DNA of 64,000 bases, taken from positions 20,265-84,264 of the forward strand of contig JAEYPQ010000040.1 of the NCBI GenBank assembly GCA_023410645.1, read 5' to 3'. The notes below the pieces were generated by a model. It did no database searches. It saw only the letters and a program-made list of their open reading frames with translations, and was not told the origin of the DNA. Made by a program: the position numbers and the translations under genes. Below are positions 39,651 through 50,526 of the stretch, piece by piece (the stretch's first letter is position 1; every line of letters begins with the position of its first letter). Source of the DNA: Bacillota bacterium. GTDB taxonomy: Bacteria > Bacillota > Clostridia > TANB77 > CAG-465.

Positions 39651-40243
39651 TACTTCCAAAGACCAACATTATTATTTTTTGCTTCACTTTGCATATCTTT
39701 GAAATAGTCTACGTATTTAACATCTGGTGGATAAGTTGCTACTTGAGCATATCCATCTAATAATAGTTTTGCATTAAACATTTTGGACTTTATTTCTTCA
39801 TTAGTAATTCCGTTTGGAATTTCTAACCAAATATATCTAAGCAATCTTCCATATTTATCAGTTTCACTTACGTCCTTTTCAAGATATACAGTTTTATTTA
39901 ATAACATAGAAGTAGTATATTCGGTAGCTTCTTTTCCATATTCTTCAATTTTCGTTGTATATTCTGGACAATTTATTCCGATAAACCTAACTTTATATTT
40001 TTTATCTTCAATTGTTACTTCTATTGTATCGCCATCAACAACTCTATTTACAAAAGCCTTAGTGAAAGTTATATTTTTATTATTAATAGTATCATTTACA
40101 TTTTCGTCATTTACATCATTTGAAGTTTGATCTTGAATATCATTAATACTAATTCTATTGTTTTCAATTAATTTATATATAGTAAAGACTGAAGATATTA
40201 GTATTAAAATAATAATTAAATTTTTTTTAAAGTTGTATTTCAT
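39650..40243 (-). CDS. Membrane-anchored or secreted thermonuclease (SNase-like)
   Basis: N-terminal TM/signal. SNase motifs VVDGDTIEV, RFIGINCPE, YGRLLRYIW. Confidence 0.75.
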   Translation of the reverse strand: MKYNFKKNLIIILILISSVFTIYKLIENNRISINDIQDQTSNDVNDENVNDTINNKNITFTKAFVNRVVDGDTIEVTIEDKKYKVRFIGINCPEYTTKIEEYGKEATEYTTSMLLNKTVYLEKDVSETDKYGRLLRYIWLEIPNGITNEEIKSKMFNAKLLLDGYAQVATYPPDVKYVDYFKDMQSEAKNNNVGLWK

Positions 40244-40365
40244 AATTCACCTTAACATATTATATCATATTTTTTTTAACATATAAATACTATAATATAT
40301 TAAATTTATACGCATGAATTGACTTTAATATGATTTTGATATAAAATTATACAGAGGTGATTTGA

Positions 40366-41052
40366 ATGGATAATGAAAATCAAAATAATAATGTAATAGT
40401 TGATGGGAGTGCATTATCTAACGTTTACAAAAAAACATTTTTCTTAATGTTTCTTGCATTACTTGCTACTGGAATTATATCATGGTATACGTATTCTTCT
40501 GGTTTATTCATAAATATTGTAACAGGTGGACTTTTTGAAATATTAATGATCGCTGAAATTTTATTTGTAGTAATATTTTCTGCAACATTAAATAAGTTAA
40601 GTCCAGCAGTTGTACAAATACTATTTTTTGTTTATTCAGTGTTAAATGGTGTTACACTTTCCGTTATATTTGCTGTATATGAACTTACATCAATAACAAT
40701 TGTATTTTTTGCTTCTGCAATTTTATTTGGAATATTCGCTTTTCTTGGTGGTCATACAAAATTAGATTTATCCAAAATAGCACCATTCTTATTTGGTGTA
40801 TTAATAGTTGGAATAATTGTTTCTATTATAAATATATTTGTTGGAAACAGTACATTAGATATTATTTTATCATGGGTAATATTAATAGTTTTCTTTGGTG
40901 TTACAGCATATGATATACAAAAAATAAAAGCTTTAGCAATTTCTGGTAGAATTAATCTTGAAAAACTTCATGTATATGGTGCATTTGAGCTATATCTTGA
41001 TTTTATAAATATATTCTTAAGAATATTAAGCTTATTTGGAAAAAGAAAATAA
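40366..41052 (+). CDS. Bax inhibitor-1/YccA family membrane protein
   Basis: Seven-TM profile with a polar N-terminus, typical of BI-1 family proteins. Confidence 0.6.
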   Translation: MDNENQNNNVIVDGSALSNVYKKTFFLMFLALLATGIISWYTYSSGLFINIVTGGLFEILMIAEILFVVIFSATLNKLSPAVVQILFFVYSVLNGVTLSVIFAVYELTSITIVFFASAILFGIFAFLGGHTKLDLSKIAPFLFGVLIVGIIVSIINIFVGNSTLDIILSWVILIVFFGVTAYDIQKIKALAISGRINLEKLHVYGAFELYLDFINIFLRILSLFGKRK

Positions 41053-41077
41053 TTAATTATAAAAAAATATATATAAT

Positions 41078-41116
41078 ATAGTTAGAAGTTATTTATTAAT
41101 TTCTAACTATTTTTTG
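41078..41116 (+). terminator. Rho-independent terminator
   Basis: 10-bp stem ATAGTTAGAA / TTCTAACTAT followed by TTTTT. Confidence 0.6.
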
Positions 41117-41194
41117 ACATTTAATGTATATTGTAACTATTGAATTTTGTCCTTTAATATAATATAATTAAAATGATTAAAGGGAAGTGGGATT

Positions 41195-42604
41195 TTGAAT
41201 AGTAGGTTAGAGTATTTTAAAGAAGAAATAAAAGATAAAAAAGTAGCTGTTTTAGGTATAGGAGTAAGCAATATACCTGCAATAGAATATTTAGTAAGAC
41301 TTGGTGCAAAGGTCACAGCAAGAGATATAAAAAAAGAGCTTGGACCAGAATGTGATAAATTAAAAGAATTAGATATTGAATTTGTCTTAGGTGATGAGTA
41401 TTTAGATGGACTTTCTGAGTATGATTATATTTTGCGTTCACCTGGTGTAAAACCATTTGAAAAAGGAATAGAAGAGGCAGCAGAAAATGGTGTTATATTA
41501 ACATCAGAAATAGAACTTTTAATGCAACTTTGCAATTGTAAAATAATTGGCGTGACTGGAAGTGATGGTAAAACAACAACAACTACACTTATTGCTAAAT
41601 TTCTAGAACAAGCAGGTTTTAAAGTTTGGATTGGTGGCAATATAGGTGTACCTCTATTTTCTAAATTAGATGAAATAAAAGAAAGTGATATAGTAGTTTT
41701 AGAACTTAGCAGTTTTCAGTTAATGACAATGAAAATAAGTCCTAATATCGCTATAATTACAAATATATCTCCAAACCATTTGAATTATCACAGAGATTAT
41801 GAAGAATATATTGAAGCAAAGAAAAATATTTTCTTAAATCAAAAACCAGGAGACATAGTTATATTAAATAAAGATAGTGAATTTACTGATAAATTTATAA
41901 ATGAAGATTGTATATTAGGTGATATAAGGGAGTTTAGTATTGTTAATGTACCTGAAATAGGTGTATATTTAAAAGATGGAAATATAGTAAGTAATATATC
42001 TGGAAAAGAAGAAATAGTAGTTGGAGTAGATGAAGTACTATTAGTTGGAATGCATAACATTGCTAATATTTGTGCAGCATCAACTGCTGTAATTGATATT
42101 ACAGGAGTAGAACCAATAAGAGATGTGGTGATAACTTTTAAAGGTGTTGAACATAGAATGGAATTTGTTGATACTATAAATGGAGTTAAATGGTATAATG
42201 ATTCAATAGGATCCAGTCCTACTAGAACAATTGCTGGACTTGTAGCTTTTAAACAAAAAATAATACTTATTGCTGGTGGTTATGATAAAAATATACCATA
42301 TGATGAAATTGGAAAGTATATTATAGATAAAGTTAAAGTTCTATTACTTATTGGTAAGACGGCACCTAAAATAGAAGCTGCAGTTGTTAATGAAGCCAAA
42401 AAGCAAAGTATAAATATTGATGAATATGTAAAGATAGTAAATCTAAATACTATGGATGAATGTATTGAGTATGCAAATAGTATTGCAATAGAAGGTGATA
42501 TTGTAGTATTGTCACCAGCAAGTGCTTCATTTGACATGTATAAGGATTTTGAGGATAGAGGTAATCATTTTAAAAAACTAGTTGGAGAATTAAAAAACAA
42601 ATAA
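41195..42604 (+). CDS. murD: UDP-N-acetylmuramoylalanine--D-glutamate ligase
   Basis: N-terminal Rossmann motif KVAVLGIGVSNIP and Mur ligase P-loop GVTGSDGKTTTTTLIA. A TTG start follows a GGGAAGTGGG RBS. Confidence 0.85.
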   Translation: MNSRLEYFKEEIKDKKVAVLGIGVSNIPAIEYLVRLGAKVTARDIKKELGPECDKLKELDIEFVLGDEYLDGLSEYDYILRSPGVKPFEKGIEEAAENGVILTSEIELLMQLCNCKIIGVTGSDGKTTTTTLIAKFLEQAGFKVWIGGNIGVPLFSKLDEIKESDIVVLELSSFQLMTMKISPNIAIITNISPNHLNYHRDYEEYIEAKKNIFLNQKPGDIVILNKDSEFTDKFINEDCILGDIREFSIVNVPEIGVYLKDGNIVSNISGKEEIVVGVDEVLLVGMHNIANICAASTAVIDITGVEPIRDVVITFKGVEHRMEFVDTINGVKWYNDSIGSSPTRTIAGLVAFKQKIILIAGGYDKNIPYDEIGKYIIDKVKVLLLIGKTAPKIEAAVVNEAKKQSINIDEYVKIVNLNTMDECIEYANSIAIEGDIVVLSPASASFDMYKDFEDRGNHFKKLVGELKNK

Positions 42605-42609
42605 TATTA

Positions 42610-42650
42610 AAAAATCTAATTTTTGAATTAATTTAAAAATTAGATTTTTT
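42610..42650 (+). terminator. Rho-independent terminator
   Basis: 15-bp stem AAAAATCTAATTTTT / AAAAATTAGATTTTT. Confidence 0.65.
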
Positions 42651-42794
42651 GTAGTCAATTTATAACATTAATATTAATGTAATGTTACTTTTATATTACA
42701 TACATCAAATTGGGTTGACTAAAAAATGTATATATTATATACTTATTATATAATATACGATTGTATATAAATATTATTTTATGGAGGTAAACAA

Positions 42795-44312
42795 ATGAAA
42801 CTAAGAAAACTAACTTTTAGTATGTTACTTTTAGTAGTTACACTATTAACTGTTAATTTTGTAAGTGCTGCTGAAAGTAATTTGACAATATCAGATATTA
42901 AATTTGATATTAAAAATACTGTAGATGGTGAATTTATTCTTAACTTTAAATCTAGTAAAGAGATAGACTTAAGCAAAGAAAATGCAAATATAAAAATTGA
43001 ATATTTTACTGAGGCAGAAAATGGTACTCTAATACCAATTAAAAATAAATTGGAAGATGATAGTCCACTAGTTAAAGATAAAACTTGGGCTGGGTATATT
43101 TGGACTGCAAGTGGTAGTTATTCAACAGGAACAGATGGATATGACCAATATTCTGATATAGTACCTGCAAATACAGAACTTGCAACTAAATTAAAAAGAG
43201 GGGTAGCTTCTGATGGAGATTCAATGAACTATATTGATATCGATTGGACTGATACAAGTGTAAAATATGTTGTTAAAATTACAATAACAGATGAATTTGG
43301 CAATGGTGAGAGTGTAATTGCAAAAAACTATACTGATGAAGTTGAGCGTACTCAAATCATTGGAGAAGAATATAGCATTTATGGATTTACAAATAACACT
43401 TCTCAAAAAGAATTTATTGAGGGAAAAGAAGCTGAATTTAATTTAGGAATATTAGCAAATACAATAAAAGAAAAGGGTTATGCTTCTGTTAAAATACTTG
43501 CTACAGTTACTAAACCAAATGGCGGAGAACTTAATATAACTGGAATTAATTCTAATCCATTTACATTAACTAAGGATTATAATGAAAGTAGTATAATTAA
43601 AGTTACACCTAATATATATGGTGAATATAAAATTAAATTTGACCTAGTAGATTTAAATAATAACTCTACAGTTATAGCTACACAAACAATAACTTTAGAT
43701 GTTAAAGAAAAATCAATTATTGAAAAGATTCAAGATTCCTCAAGTGACAAAAAAGCAGAAATTAATTTAATAAACACAACTGTTGTTACTGCACAAGCTT
43801 TTCAAGCAGCTAAAGAAAATGATGTTGATGTTACATTTAATGTAAAAAATGAAGATAAAGTAGTATATAGTTGGACTTTTGCAAGTAACGCAATAAATAA
43901 TGTTATTGATATTGATTTAGGACTTAATGTTGGTTCATCTGATAAGAAATCTGAAATTGAAAAAATAACAAAAAATGAGGATGTATTATATTTATCATTT
44001 ACTCATCATGGTGAATTGCCAGCACCTGCAACTATGAAAGTTTTTGTTGGTGATAAATATTCTGATGGAACAATAGTTAAGTTATATTATTATAATGAAG
44101 ATACTAATCAAGTTGAATTAATAAGTAAGGATATTGAAGTAAAAGATGGTTATGTTACTTTTACAATAGAACATTGTTCAGATTATTTCTTAGAGGAACA
44201 AGTTGCTTCAAATATAAATAATCCAGATACAGGAGATATAAATGTAATTGCACTTGGTTCAATTTCTATATTAAGTATTGCTGGAATAATATATCTAAAA
44301 TTTAAAAAATAA
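42795..44312 (+). CDS. Sortase-anchored surface protein with an NPDTG cell-wall sorting signal
   Basis: N-terminal signal peptide ending in VSA|AES. C-terminal NPDTG, then a hydrophobic segment, then KFKK. The class B sortase gene is adjacent. Confidence 0.75.
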   Translation: MKLRKLTFSMLLLVVTLLTVNFVSAAESNLTISDIKFDIKNTVDGEFILNFKSSKEIDLSKENANIKIEYFTEAENGTLIPIKNKLEDDSPLVKDKTWAGYIWTASGSYSTGTDGYDQYSDIVPANTELATKLKRGVASDGDSMNYIDIDWTDTSVKYVVKITITDEFGNGESVIAKNYTDEVERTQIIGEEYSIYGFTNNTSQKEFIEGKEAEFNLGILANTIKEKGYASVKILATVTKPNGGELNITGINSNPFTLTKDYNESSIIKVTPNIYGEYKIKFDLVDLNNNSTVIATQTITLDVKEKSIIEKIQDSSSDKKAEINLINTTVVTAQAFQAAKENDVDVTFNVKNEDKVVYSWTFASNAINNVIDIDLGLNVGSSDKKSEIEKITKNEDVLYLSFTHHGELPAPATMKVFVGDKYSDGTIVKLYYYNEDTNQVELISKDIEVKDGYVTFTIEHCSDYFLEEQVASNINNPDTGDINVIALGSISILSIAGIIYLKFKK

Positions 44313-44331
44313 TAAACTAATTGTTAATAAA

Positions 44332-44365
44332 AAAGATTTGAGTTTAACTCAAATCTTTTTTGTAT
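44332..44365. terminator. Bidirectional Rho-independent terminator
   Basis: 11-bp stem AAAGATTTGAG / CTCAAATCTTT followed by TTTTTT. Confidence 0.7.
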
Positions 44366-44373
44366 TTATCTAA

Positions 44374-45186
44374 TTATTTTATTAATTTTGCATGTAATAC
44401 TACCCTTTGTGAATCATTGTAACCATAACAAGTTGATAAAGTAAGTATATTATCATAAATATTTACATCTATGCCGAAATCATATATACTTCTTTCTTTT
44501 ATTGTTTTAAGAAATTCTAAAAATTCATTATTTTTAAAAGAAGTGGTAATATAATATGTTTCATTTGGAATTTTGTATACACTAAATACTTGCCAAGATA
44601 ATATTGAATTTTTGGTATAAATATATATTATTTTATTATTTTCATTTTCATACCAATTTTTATTAAGTATTTTTTTTAGACTTCCAAACATGCTATTATC
44701 TAGTCTATTATGTCCATAAATAACGTTATTTTTACTTAAATTATTAATATCATTCTTATAATCTAAAAATATTGCACCAGAACTATTTTTAAAGTTTTTG
44801 AAATCTCGATTAAGATAATATTCGTTATCTTTATACTTAACTACTGGATAATTTATATCTGTATTGTTAACTTTTATCCAACCAACAACATCTTTATTTA
44901 TTTTTTCAAGTGATTCGAAATCAACTGAAAGAGTATTAATATTATCTTTATTGTCTGTATGATTATTACTTGTCGTATCGATATATTGACTTAATTCATT
45001 TTTTAGATTATTTGCAGAATAGTTATCGTATATCCAAGTAAATAATCTAGAAGCTGAATATATTAAAATAATTAATAAGATCAATATAATAATAAGTTCT
45101 AATTTACTTAATTTTTTTTGTGATTTTGATTTATATATATTTCGCCTTTTTTCACTTATATGTGATTTTCTCCTAGTTTCATCCAT
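44374..45186 (-). CDS. srtB: Class B sortase
   Basis: Collinear with S. aureus SrtB: VVGWIKVNNTDINYPVV, NEYYL, GAIFLDY, VIYGHN, and the catalytic TLSTC motif. Confidence 0.85.
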   Translation of the reverse strand: MDETRRKSHISEKRRNIYKSKSQKKLSKLELIIILILLIILIYSASRLFTWIYDNYSANNLKNELSQYIDTTSNNHTDNKDNINTLSVDFESLEKINKDVVGWIKVNNTDINYPVVKYKDNEYYLNRDFKNFKNSSGAIFLDYKNDINNLSKNNVIYGHNRLDNSMFGSLKKILNKNWYENENNKIIYIYTKNSILSWQVFSVYKIPNETYYITTSFKNNEFLEFLKTIKERSIYDFGIDVNIYDNILTLSTCYGYNDSQRVVLHAKLIK

Positions 45187-45404
45187 AAAAATTAACCTTT
45201 CAAATTTTAATATAATTATATCATTTTTATAAACTATATGTCAATTATATAATCTTTAAATAAAATCATATGGTAATTATATACAGATTTATGTGTAAAA
45301 GCTTCCTTTTAGTTATATTAATAATATGATATAATGTATAAAAAGTATTTTATACGATACAAAAATGATACAATTAATATATATAATTTTAAGGGTGAAT
45401 AAAT

Positions 45405-46058
45405 ATGATAAAAATATTAGTAGTGGAAGATGAAAAATCAATATCCAATTTAATAAAAGTAAATTTGATTGATGCTGGTTATTACTGCAATGTTGCTTAT
45501 GATGGATTGACTGCTGCAGATTTTATAGAACAAAATCAATATGATTTAATTCTTCTTGATATAATGTTACCAAAGTTAGATGGATACGAATTAATTGAAT
45601 ATATAAAAACAAGAAATATACCGGTTATATTTTTAACAGCTAGGACAAGCATAAATGACAAAGTAAAAGGACTTAAAATAGGAGCAGAAGATTATATTAC
45701 AAAACCATTTGACATAGAGGAATTGCTTGCAAGAATTGAAGTTGTTTTAAGAAGATACAATAAAAATAGTGTAAATGTGGTAATAGACGATATTAATATT
45801 AACATTGAATCAAGAAAAGTAACAAAAAATGGCAAGACGGTTGAACTTACAAACAAAGAATTTGAGCTACTTTTAATGTTTGTTAGAAATAAAAATATAG
45901 CCCTATATAGAGATATTATATTTGAAAAAGTATGGGAAAGTGATTATTTAGGCGATACAAGAACGGTTGATCTTCATGTTCAAAGATTAAGGAAAAAGTT
46001 AAAACTTGGAAATAGAATTAAATCAGTTTACAAAATTGGATATATATTAGAGGTATAA
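45405..46058 (+). CDS. OmpR-family response regulator
   Basis: Receiver domain (DLILLDIMLPKLDG) and a winged-helix C-terminus. Confidence 0.85.
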   Translation: MIKILVVEDEKSISNLIKVNLIDAGYYCNVAYDGLTAADFIEQNQYDLILLDIMLPKLDGYELIEYIKTRNIPVIFLTARTSINDKVKGLKIGAEDYITKPFDIEELLARIEVVLRRYNKNSVNVVIDDININIESRKVTKNGKTVELTNKEFELLLMFVRNKNIALYRDIIFEKVWESDYLGDTRTVDLHVQRLRKKLKLGNRIKSVYKIGYILEV

Positions 46059-46059
46059 T

Positions 46060-47472
46060 ATGAATGTAGTTTGGAAAATATTTATCGTAATAATCTGCTT
46101 AATATCAATTGTCTTATCAGTAGGTGGATATTTACTTATAGAACATGGTTTTAGTAAAACTATAGAAAATGAAATTCAAAGTGTTGATAGTGATATAATA
46201 TCTATAAAATTTCTGTATGAATCGGAAGCTATAAATGTATTAAATAATAATTATAGTTTTAGTGATAGTACTATACAATATATATCTAATAGACTACAAA
46301 ATAATGATATGTACAAAAATTATAATGTGTATGTATTAAATGAGGAAAAAGATTTAATATACCAAAATAGTAATTTGAATTTTGATAATACTTTAATAAA
46401 CAGTTTAAAAGAAAATACAAGAGCATATAAAATTATAAATATTGATAGGGCATATTATATAAATAGCATATGTGAAATAAATATAAAAGATAAAAATATA
46501 TATATTCAAATAAATAAAGATATCTCATCAATATTTGAAATGAAAAATGAACAGATAAATATGCTTGAGATTATGCTTGTTATAGTGATAAGCTTTGGAA
46601 GTATATTTATATATGCAATTTCCTTATCCATAACAAGACCAATTAGAAAATTGATTGAATCAGTAAAAAATATTTCTAAAGGAAACTATAATCAAAGGCT
46701 AGACGTAAAAGGAAGTGGAGAAATAGTTGAACTTTCAAATGAGTTTAATATAATGGCTGAAGCAATAGAAAAAAACATTACGAAACTTGAGAATATTGCA
46801 AGTATGCAGGAAAATTTTGTATCAAATTTTACACACGAGCTAAAGACTCCTTTGACATCAATAATAGGATATTCAGATATGTTAAGAACTAAAATATTAA
46901 GTCAAGAAATGATATATAATAGTTCAAATTATATATATGGTGAAGGGAAACGTTTAGAAGCATTAACTATAAAACTTCTTGATTTAATTTCTTTAAACAA
47001 TAAGGCATTCATATTTAAAAGGACTAATACTAAAAAATTAATAAAAGATGTACTTAATATAATAAATCCAATTCTTACTAAAAGGAATATCGTTGTAAAT
47101 TCTAAAATAGAAGATTCATATATAAGAATAGATGAAGATTTAATAAAAACATTATTATTAAATATTTTTGATAATGCAATTAAAGCCTCAAAAGATAATA
47201 ATAGTATAGATGTTATTGGAATTATAGAAGATAAAAAATATCTAATTAAAGTAAAAGATTATGGTATAGGTATAAAAAAAGAAGAAATTGAAAAGATAAC
47301 TGAACCATTTTACATGGTAGACAAATCTCGTTCCCGTAAAGAAAATGGAATAGGTTTAGGTCTTAATCTTTGCAAAAAAATTGCAGATATTCATAATGCT
47401 GAATTAAATTTTGAAAGTGAATTTGGATCTTATACCACAGTTACCTTTAAAATTGATATTGATAACAATTAA
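46060..47472 (+). CDS. Sensor histidine kinase
   Basis: Two N-terminal TM helices, a HAMP-like region, H-box FTHELKTPLTSI, G-box GIGLGLNL. Confidence 0.85.
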   Translation: MNVVWKIFIVIICLISIVLSVGGYLLIEHGFSKTIENEIQSVDSDIISIKFLYESEAINVLNNNYSFSDSTIQYISNRLQNNDMYKNYNVYVLNEEKDLIYQNSNLNFDNTLINSLKENTRAYKIINIDRAYYINSICEINIKDKNIYIQINKDISSIFEMKNEQINMLEIMLVIVISFGSIFIYAISLSITRPIRKLIESVKNISKGNYNQRLDVKGSGEIVELSNEFNIMAEAIEKNITKLENIASMQENFVSNFTHELKTPLTSIIGYSDMLRTKILSQEMIYNSSNYIYGEGKRLEALTIKLLDLISLNNKAFIFKRTNTKKLIKDVLNIINPILTKRNIVVNSKIEDSYIRIDEDLIKTLLLNIFDNAIKASKDNNSIDVIGIIEDKKYLIKVKDYGIGIKKEEIEKITEPFYMVDKSRSRKENGIGLGLNLCKKIADIHNAELNFESEFGSYTTVTFKIDIDNN

Positions 47473-47483
47473 AGGAGGTAACT

Positions 47484-48245
47484 ATGAAAAAATCTTTTTT
47501 TAAAAATGCAATAATAGTAATTTTAATTATAATTATATTAATGTTTTCTTTTATGTTTCCAAAAGAATTATCAAAATATCAAAATAAAAAGTACTTAAGC
47601 GCTATCAACGAGATAACTTATGATAATGTAAATGAAAATATAGAAGAATTAGAATATGTAGAAAAAGTAAAAATTTTATCAAATCTATTTAAAAAAGATA
47701 ATGTATATTATAGCGACGATAAAAATATACAGATTACAACTAATGATAGCATATTAGAAAAAAATGAAATGTCACTTGATCAAATTATAACATATATAAA
47801 TAGTCAAATAAGAGAATTTTTTAATTATCATACTTATATTTCATATAATGTAGATTACTCAAAAAGTACCATTGAATCAAAATATATTAAGTTATCAGAT
47901 AAAACTGATATAAAAAAATATATGGCTATATGGGACATTACGTTTAAAGTAACAGAAGATAATTATCTAAATATTGTAATAGATTCTGTTAGTGGAAAGA
48001 TATACGGTATAATTATACATAATGATAATTTTGACTTTTCAAAAATTGAATACGACTACAAAAAAATATATTTAGAATATTCTGAATATTTAAATTTAAA
48101 TGATATAACAGAAGATATATTAAGACAAGAAAAAGATAAATATTTAAAATATGATGATTATGATAGTTTGTACAAATCAACTGGAACAATAAATGTATCT
48201 ATTAATTTAAATAGTATAGTTTATTCTTTATTTAATATACTTTAA
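47484..48245 (+). CDS. Hypothetical membrane-anchored protein
   Basis: N-terminal TM. Follows the HK within the same operon. Confidence 0.4.
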   Translation: MKKSFFKNAIIVILIIIILMFSFMFPKELSKYQNKKYLSAINEITYDNVNENIEELEYVEKVKILSNLFKKDNVYYSDDKNIQITTNDSILEKNEMSLDQIITYINSQIREFFNYHTYISYNVDYSKSTIESKYIKLSDKTDIKKYMAIWDITFKVTEDNYLNIVIDSVSGKIYGIIIHNDNFDFSKIEYDYKKIYLEYSEYLNLNDITEDILRQEKDKYLKYDDYDSLYKSTGTINVSINLNSIVYSLFNIL

Positions 48246-48358
48246 ATTATGATACAAAAAATATACAAGAAATATAAGAAAAATATATACTTTTGTTACA
48301 TTTTAGAAAAAATGGTATGATAATATACCCCTATCTAAGTTTAGATGGGGGATTATTT

Positions 48359-49228
48359 ATGAAAAGTAATATAAAAAAGAAAAATAATGTATTATTAAAA
48401 CTTTTATTATTTATAATTATTATAATAATTGCATATTTAAGTATTATGGAAATAAAAAATTATAAAGATAAGAACGATTCAATTTCTGCAAATAGTAGTA
48501 TAGATGGAGTTGAAAAAAAAGAAGAGTTTAAAGATTTATACTACTATAATAAAGAAAATGAAAAAAGGTATGAAGATTATAAAGAGAAAAATCCAGATAT
48601 ATCAGTAGATGATGTAGTTTGGATGGTAAATGCAAATATTGATAATGAATTTTATACTAATACAAATAAAATAGAAGATGTTGATAGTGATTTATTATTG
48701 GTAAATAAATACAATAAGTTACCAGATAACTTTGTACCTAAAGATTTGGTTAAGCTAGAATCCGGATATTATGTTACAAGTAATACTAAAACTGCATTTG
48801 AAAAAATGCAAGATGATGCTAGAGAACAAGGATATAACATTGGTGTTACTTCAGCATATAGAAGTATTAATTCACAAAAGTATTTGTATAATAATTATTT
48901 AACGGAAGATACACAAGAAGTTGTTGATACATATAGTTCAAGGCCAGGATATAGTGAACATCATACTGGTGAGGCAATTGATTTAATTGGATCATCTGCT
49001 AGTATGGAAGAGTTTGAAAAAACTAAGGAATCAAAGTGGGTTGATGAAAATGCGTATAAATATGGATTTGTAGTAAGATATAAAAAAGGATACGAAAAAA
49101 TAACAGGATATGAATATGAGCCATGGCATATAAGATATGTAGGGGTTCAAATAGCAACAGAAATGAAAGATAAGAATATTAATACACTTGAAGAGTATTA
49201 TGAAAAATATATTAAGTCAAAAAAGTAG
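48359..49228 (+). CDS. VanY-type D-alanyl-D-alanine carboxypeptidase (M15B)
   Basis: SAYRS..Q, SEHHTGEAIDL and EPWHIRYVG motifs. Start set to MKSNIKKKNN after a GGGGGA RBS. Confidence 0.8.
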   Translation: MKSNIKKKNNVLLKLLLFIIIIIIAYLSIMEIKNYKDKNDSISANSSIDGVEKKEEFKDLYYYNKENEKRYEDYKEKNPDISVDDVVWMVNANIDNEFYTNTNKIEDVDSDLLLVNKYNKLPDNFVPKDLVKLESGYYVTSNTKTAFEKMQDDAREQGYNIGVTSAYRSINSQKYLYNNYLTEDTQEVVDTYSSRPGYSEHHTGEAIDLIGSSASMEEFEKTKESKWVDENAYKYGFVVRYKKGYEKITGYEYEPWHIRYVGVQIATEMKDKNINTLEEYYEKYIKSKK

Positions 49229-49468
49229 ATATTTAAATAGAAAATAAATATAATAAAATTATTATAAATTATAGTATTTAAATTTTTAAAGAAGTTTTTG
49301 TATAGAATTATTACAATGCTTCTTTTTTATATGTTATTTTTATATATAAATAATCAGAATAAATATAATTCTATATTTGTGTAATAATATAATTATACAA
49401 ATTTTTTATTTATATTGAAAATGTTTAAACTATATGTTAATATTTAGATATAATGGGAGGATGATAAT

Positions 49469-50482
49469 ATGAAAATATTTATGATAGGTGCAACTGGACT
49501 TTTAGGATCTGCAGGTGCAGATGAATTAATAAAACGTGGGCATGAAGTAGTAGGTATATCTTTGCCACCAATCCCAAAAGATTCAGATATAAATCCAGAG
49601 ATTAAACTGTCACTCGGAAATTATTTAGAACTAAGTGATGATGAATTAAGGGATTATTTAAGAGGATGTGAAGGTTTTGTCTTTGCTGCTGGCGTGGATG
49701 AGCGTGTTGAATTTGCTCCACCATGTTATGATGCATATGTTAAATATAACATACAACCTGTACAAAGAATATTAAAAATTGCTCAAGAAGAAGGAGTAAA
49801 AAAATCAGTAATATTAGGTTCATACTTTTCTTATTTTGCAAAAAATTATCCTGAACTTAAGCTTTATGAAAAAAATCCATATATAAGAAGTAGAATTGAC
49901 CAAGAAAATGCTGCCTTTTCTTATTCAAATAAAGGAATGGAAGTAATGGTGCTAGAACTTCCATATATATTTGGCATACAAAAAGGACGTAAACCAGTTT
50001 GGACTGTTATATTGGAACAAATTTTAAAGATGAAGAAAAATACATACTATCCTGGTGGTGGAACTACAATGGTTACAGTAAAACAAGTGGCAGAGTGTAT
50101 AGCAGGTGCAATAGAAAAAGGAGAAGGTGGTACTGCATATCCTGTTGGCTATTATAATATGACTTGGGTAGAATTTTTAAAAATAGTACATAAATCAATA
50201 GGTATGCCAGAACGTAAAGTTATAACAATACCTAAATGGTTATATAAAATATTTGCAAAAAATATAATAAAAGAATATAAAGAAAAAAACGTTGAACCAG
50301 GATTAGATCCATATTCTTTAGGTGATTTAATGTCAATGAATCTTTTTATAGATAGAGATATTATACAAGAAAAATTAGGTGCTACGGATGATGATATAGA
50401 AAAAGCAATAGATGATTCATTTAAGTTGTCAATGCAAGTTTTAAAAGGTGAGCAAGAAGTTATTGGAATGAAAGCAGAATAA
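49469..50482 (+). CDS. NAD-dependent epimerase/dehydratase family protein (SDR)
   Basis: N-terminal GATGLLGS Rossmann motif. Confidence 0.7.
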   Translation: MKIFMIGATGLLGSAGADELIKRGHEVVGISLPPIPKDSDINPEIKLSLGNYLELSDDELRDYLRGCEGFVFAAGVDERVEFAPPCYDAYVKYNIQPVQRILKIAQEEGVKKSVILGSYFSYFAKNYPELKLYEKNPYIRSRIDQENAAFSYSNKGMEVMVLELPYIFGIQKGRKPVWTVILEQILKMKKNTYYPGGGTTMVTVKQVAECIAGAIEKGEGGTAYPVGYYNMTWVEFLKIVHKSIGMPERKVITIPKWLYKIFAKNIIKEYKEKNVEPGLDPYSLGDLMSMNLFIDRDIIQEKLGATDDDIEKAIDDSFKLSMQVLKGEQEVIGMKAE

Positions 50483-50488
50483 AATAAA

Positions 50489-50526
50489 AAAAGATAAAAG
50501 CAGTTAAACTGCTTTTATCTTTTTAA
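50489..50526. terminator. Bidirectional Rho-independent terminator
   Basis: Perfect 15-bp palindromic stem AGATAAAAGCAGTTT / AAACTGCTTTTATCT. Confidence 0.75.

Noticed and set aside
39783-40130. 115-aa plus-strand ORF inside the thermonuclease gene
   Set aside because: The minus-strand SNase motifs are clear, so the plus-strand frame is spurious.
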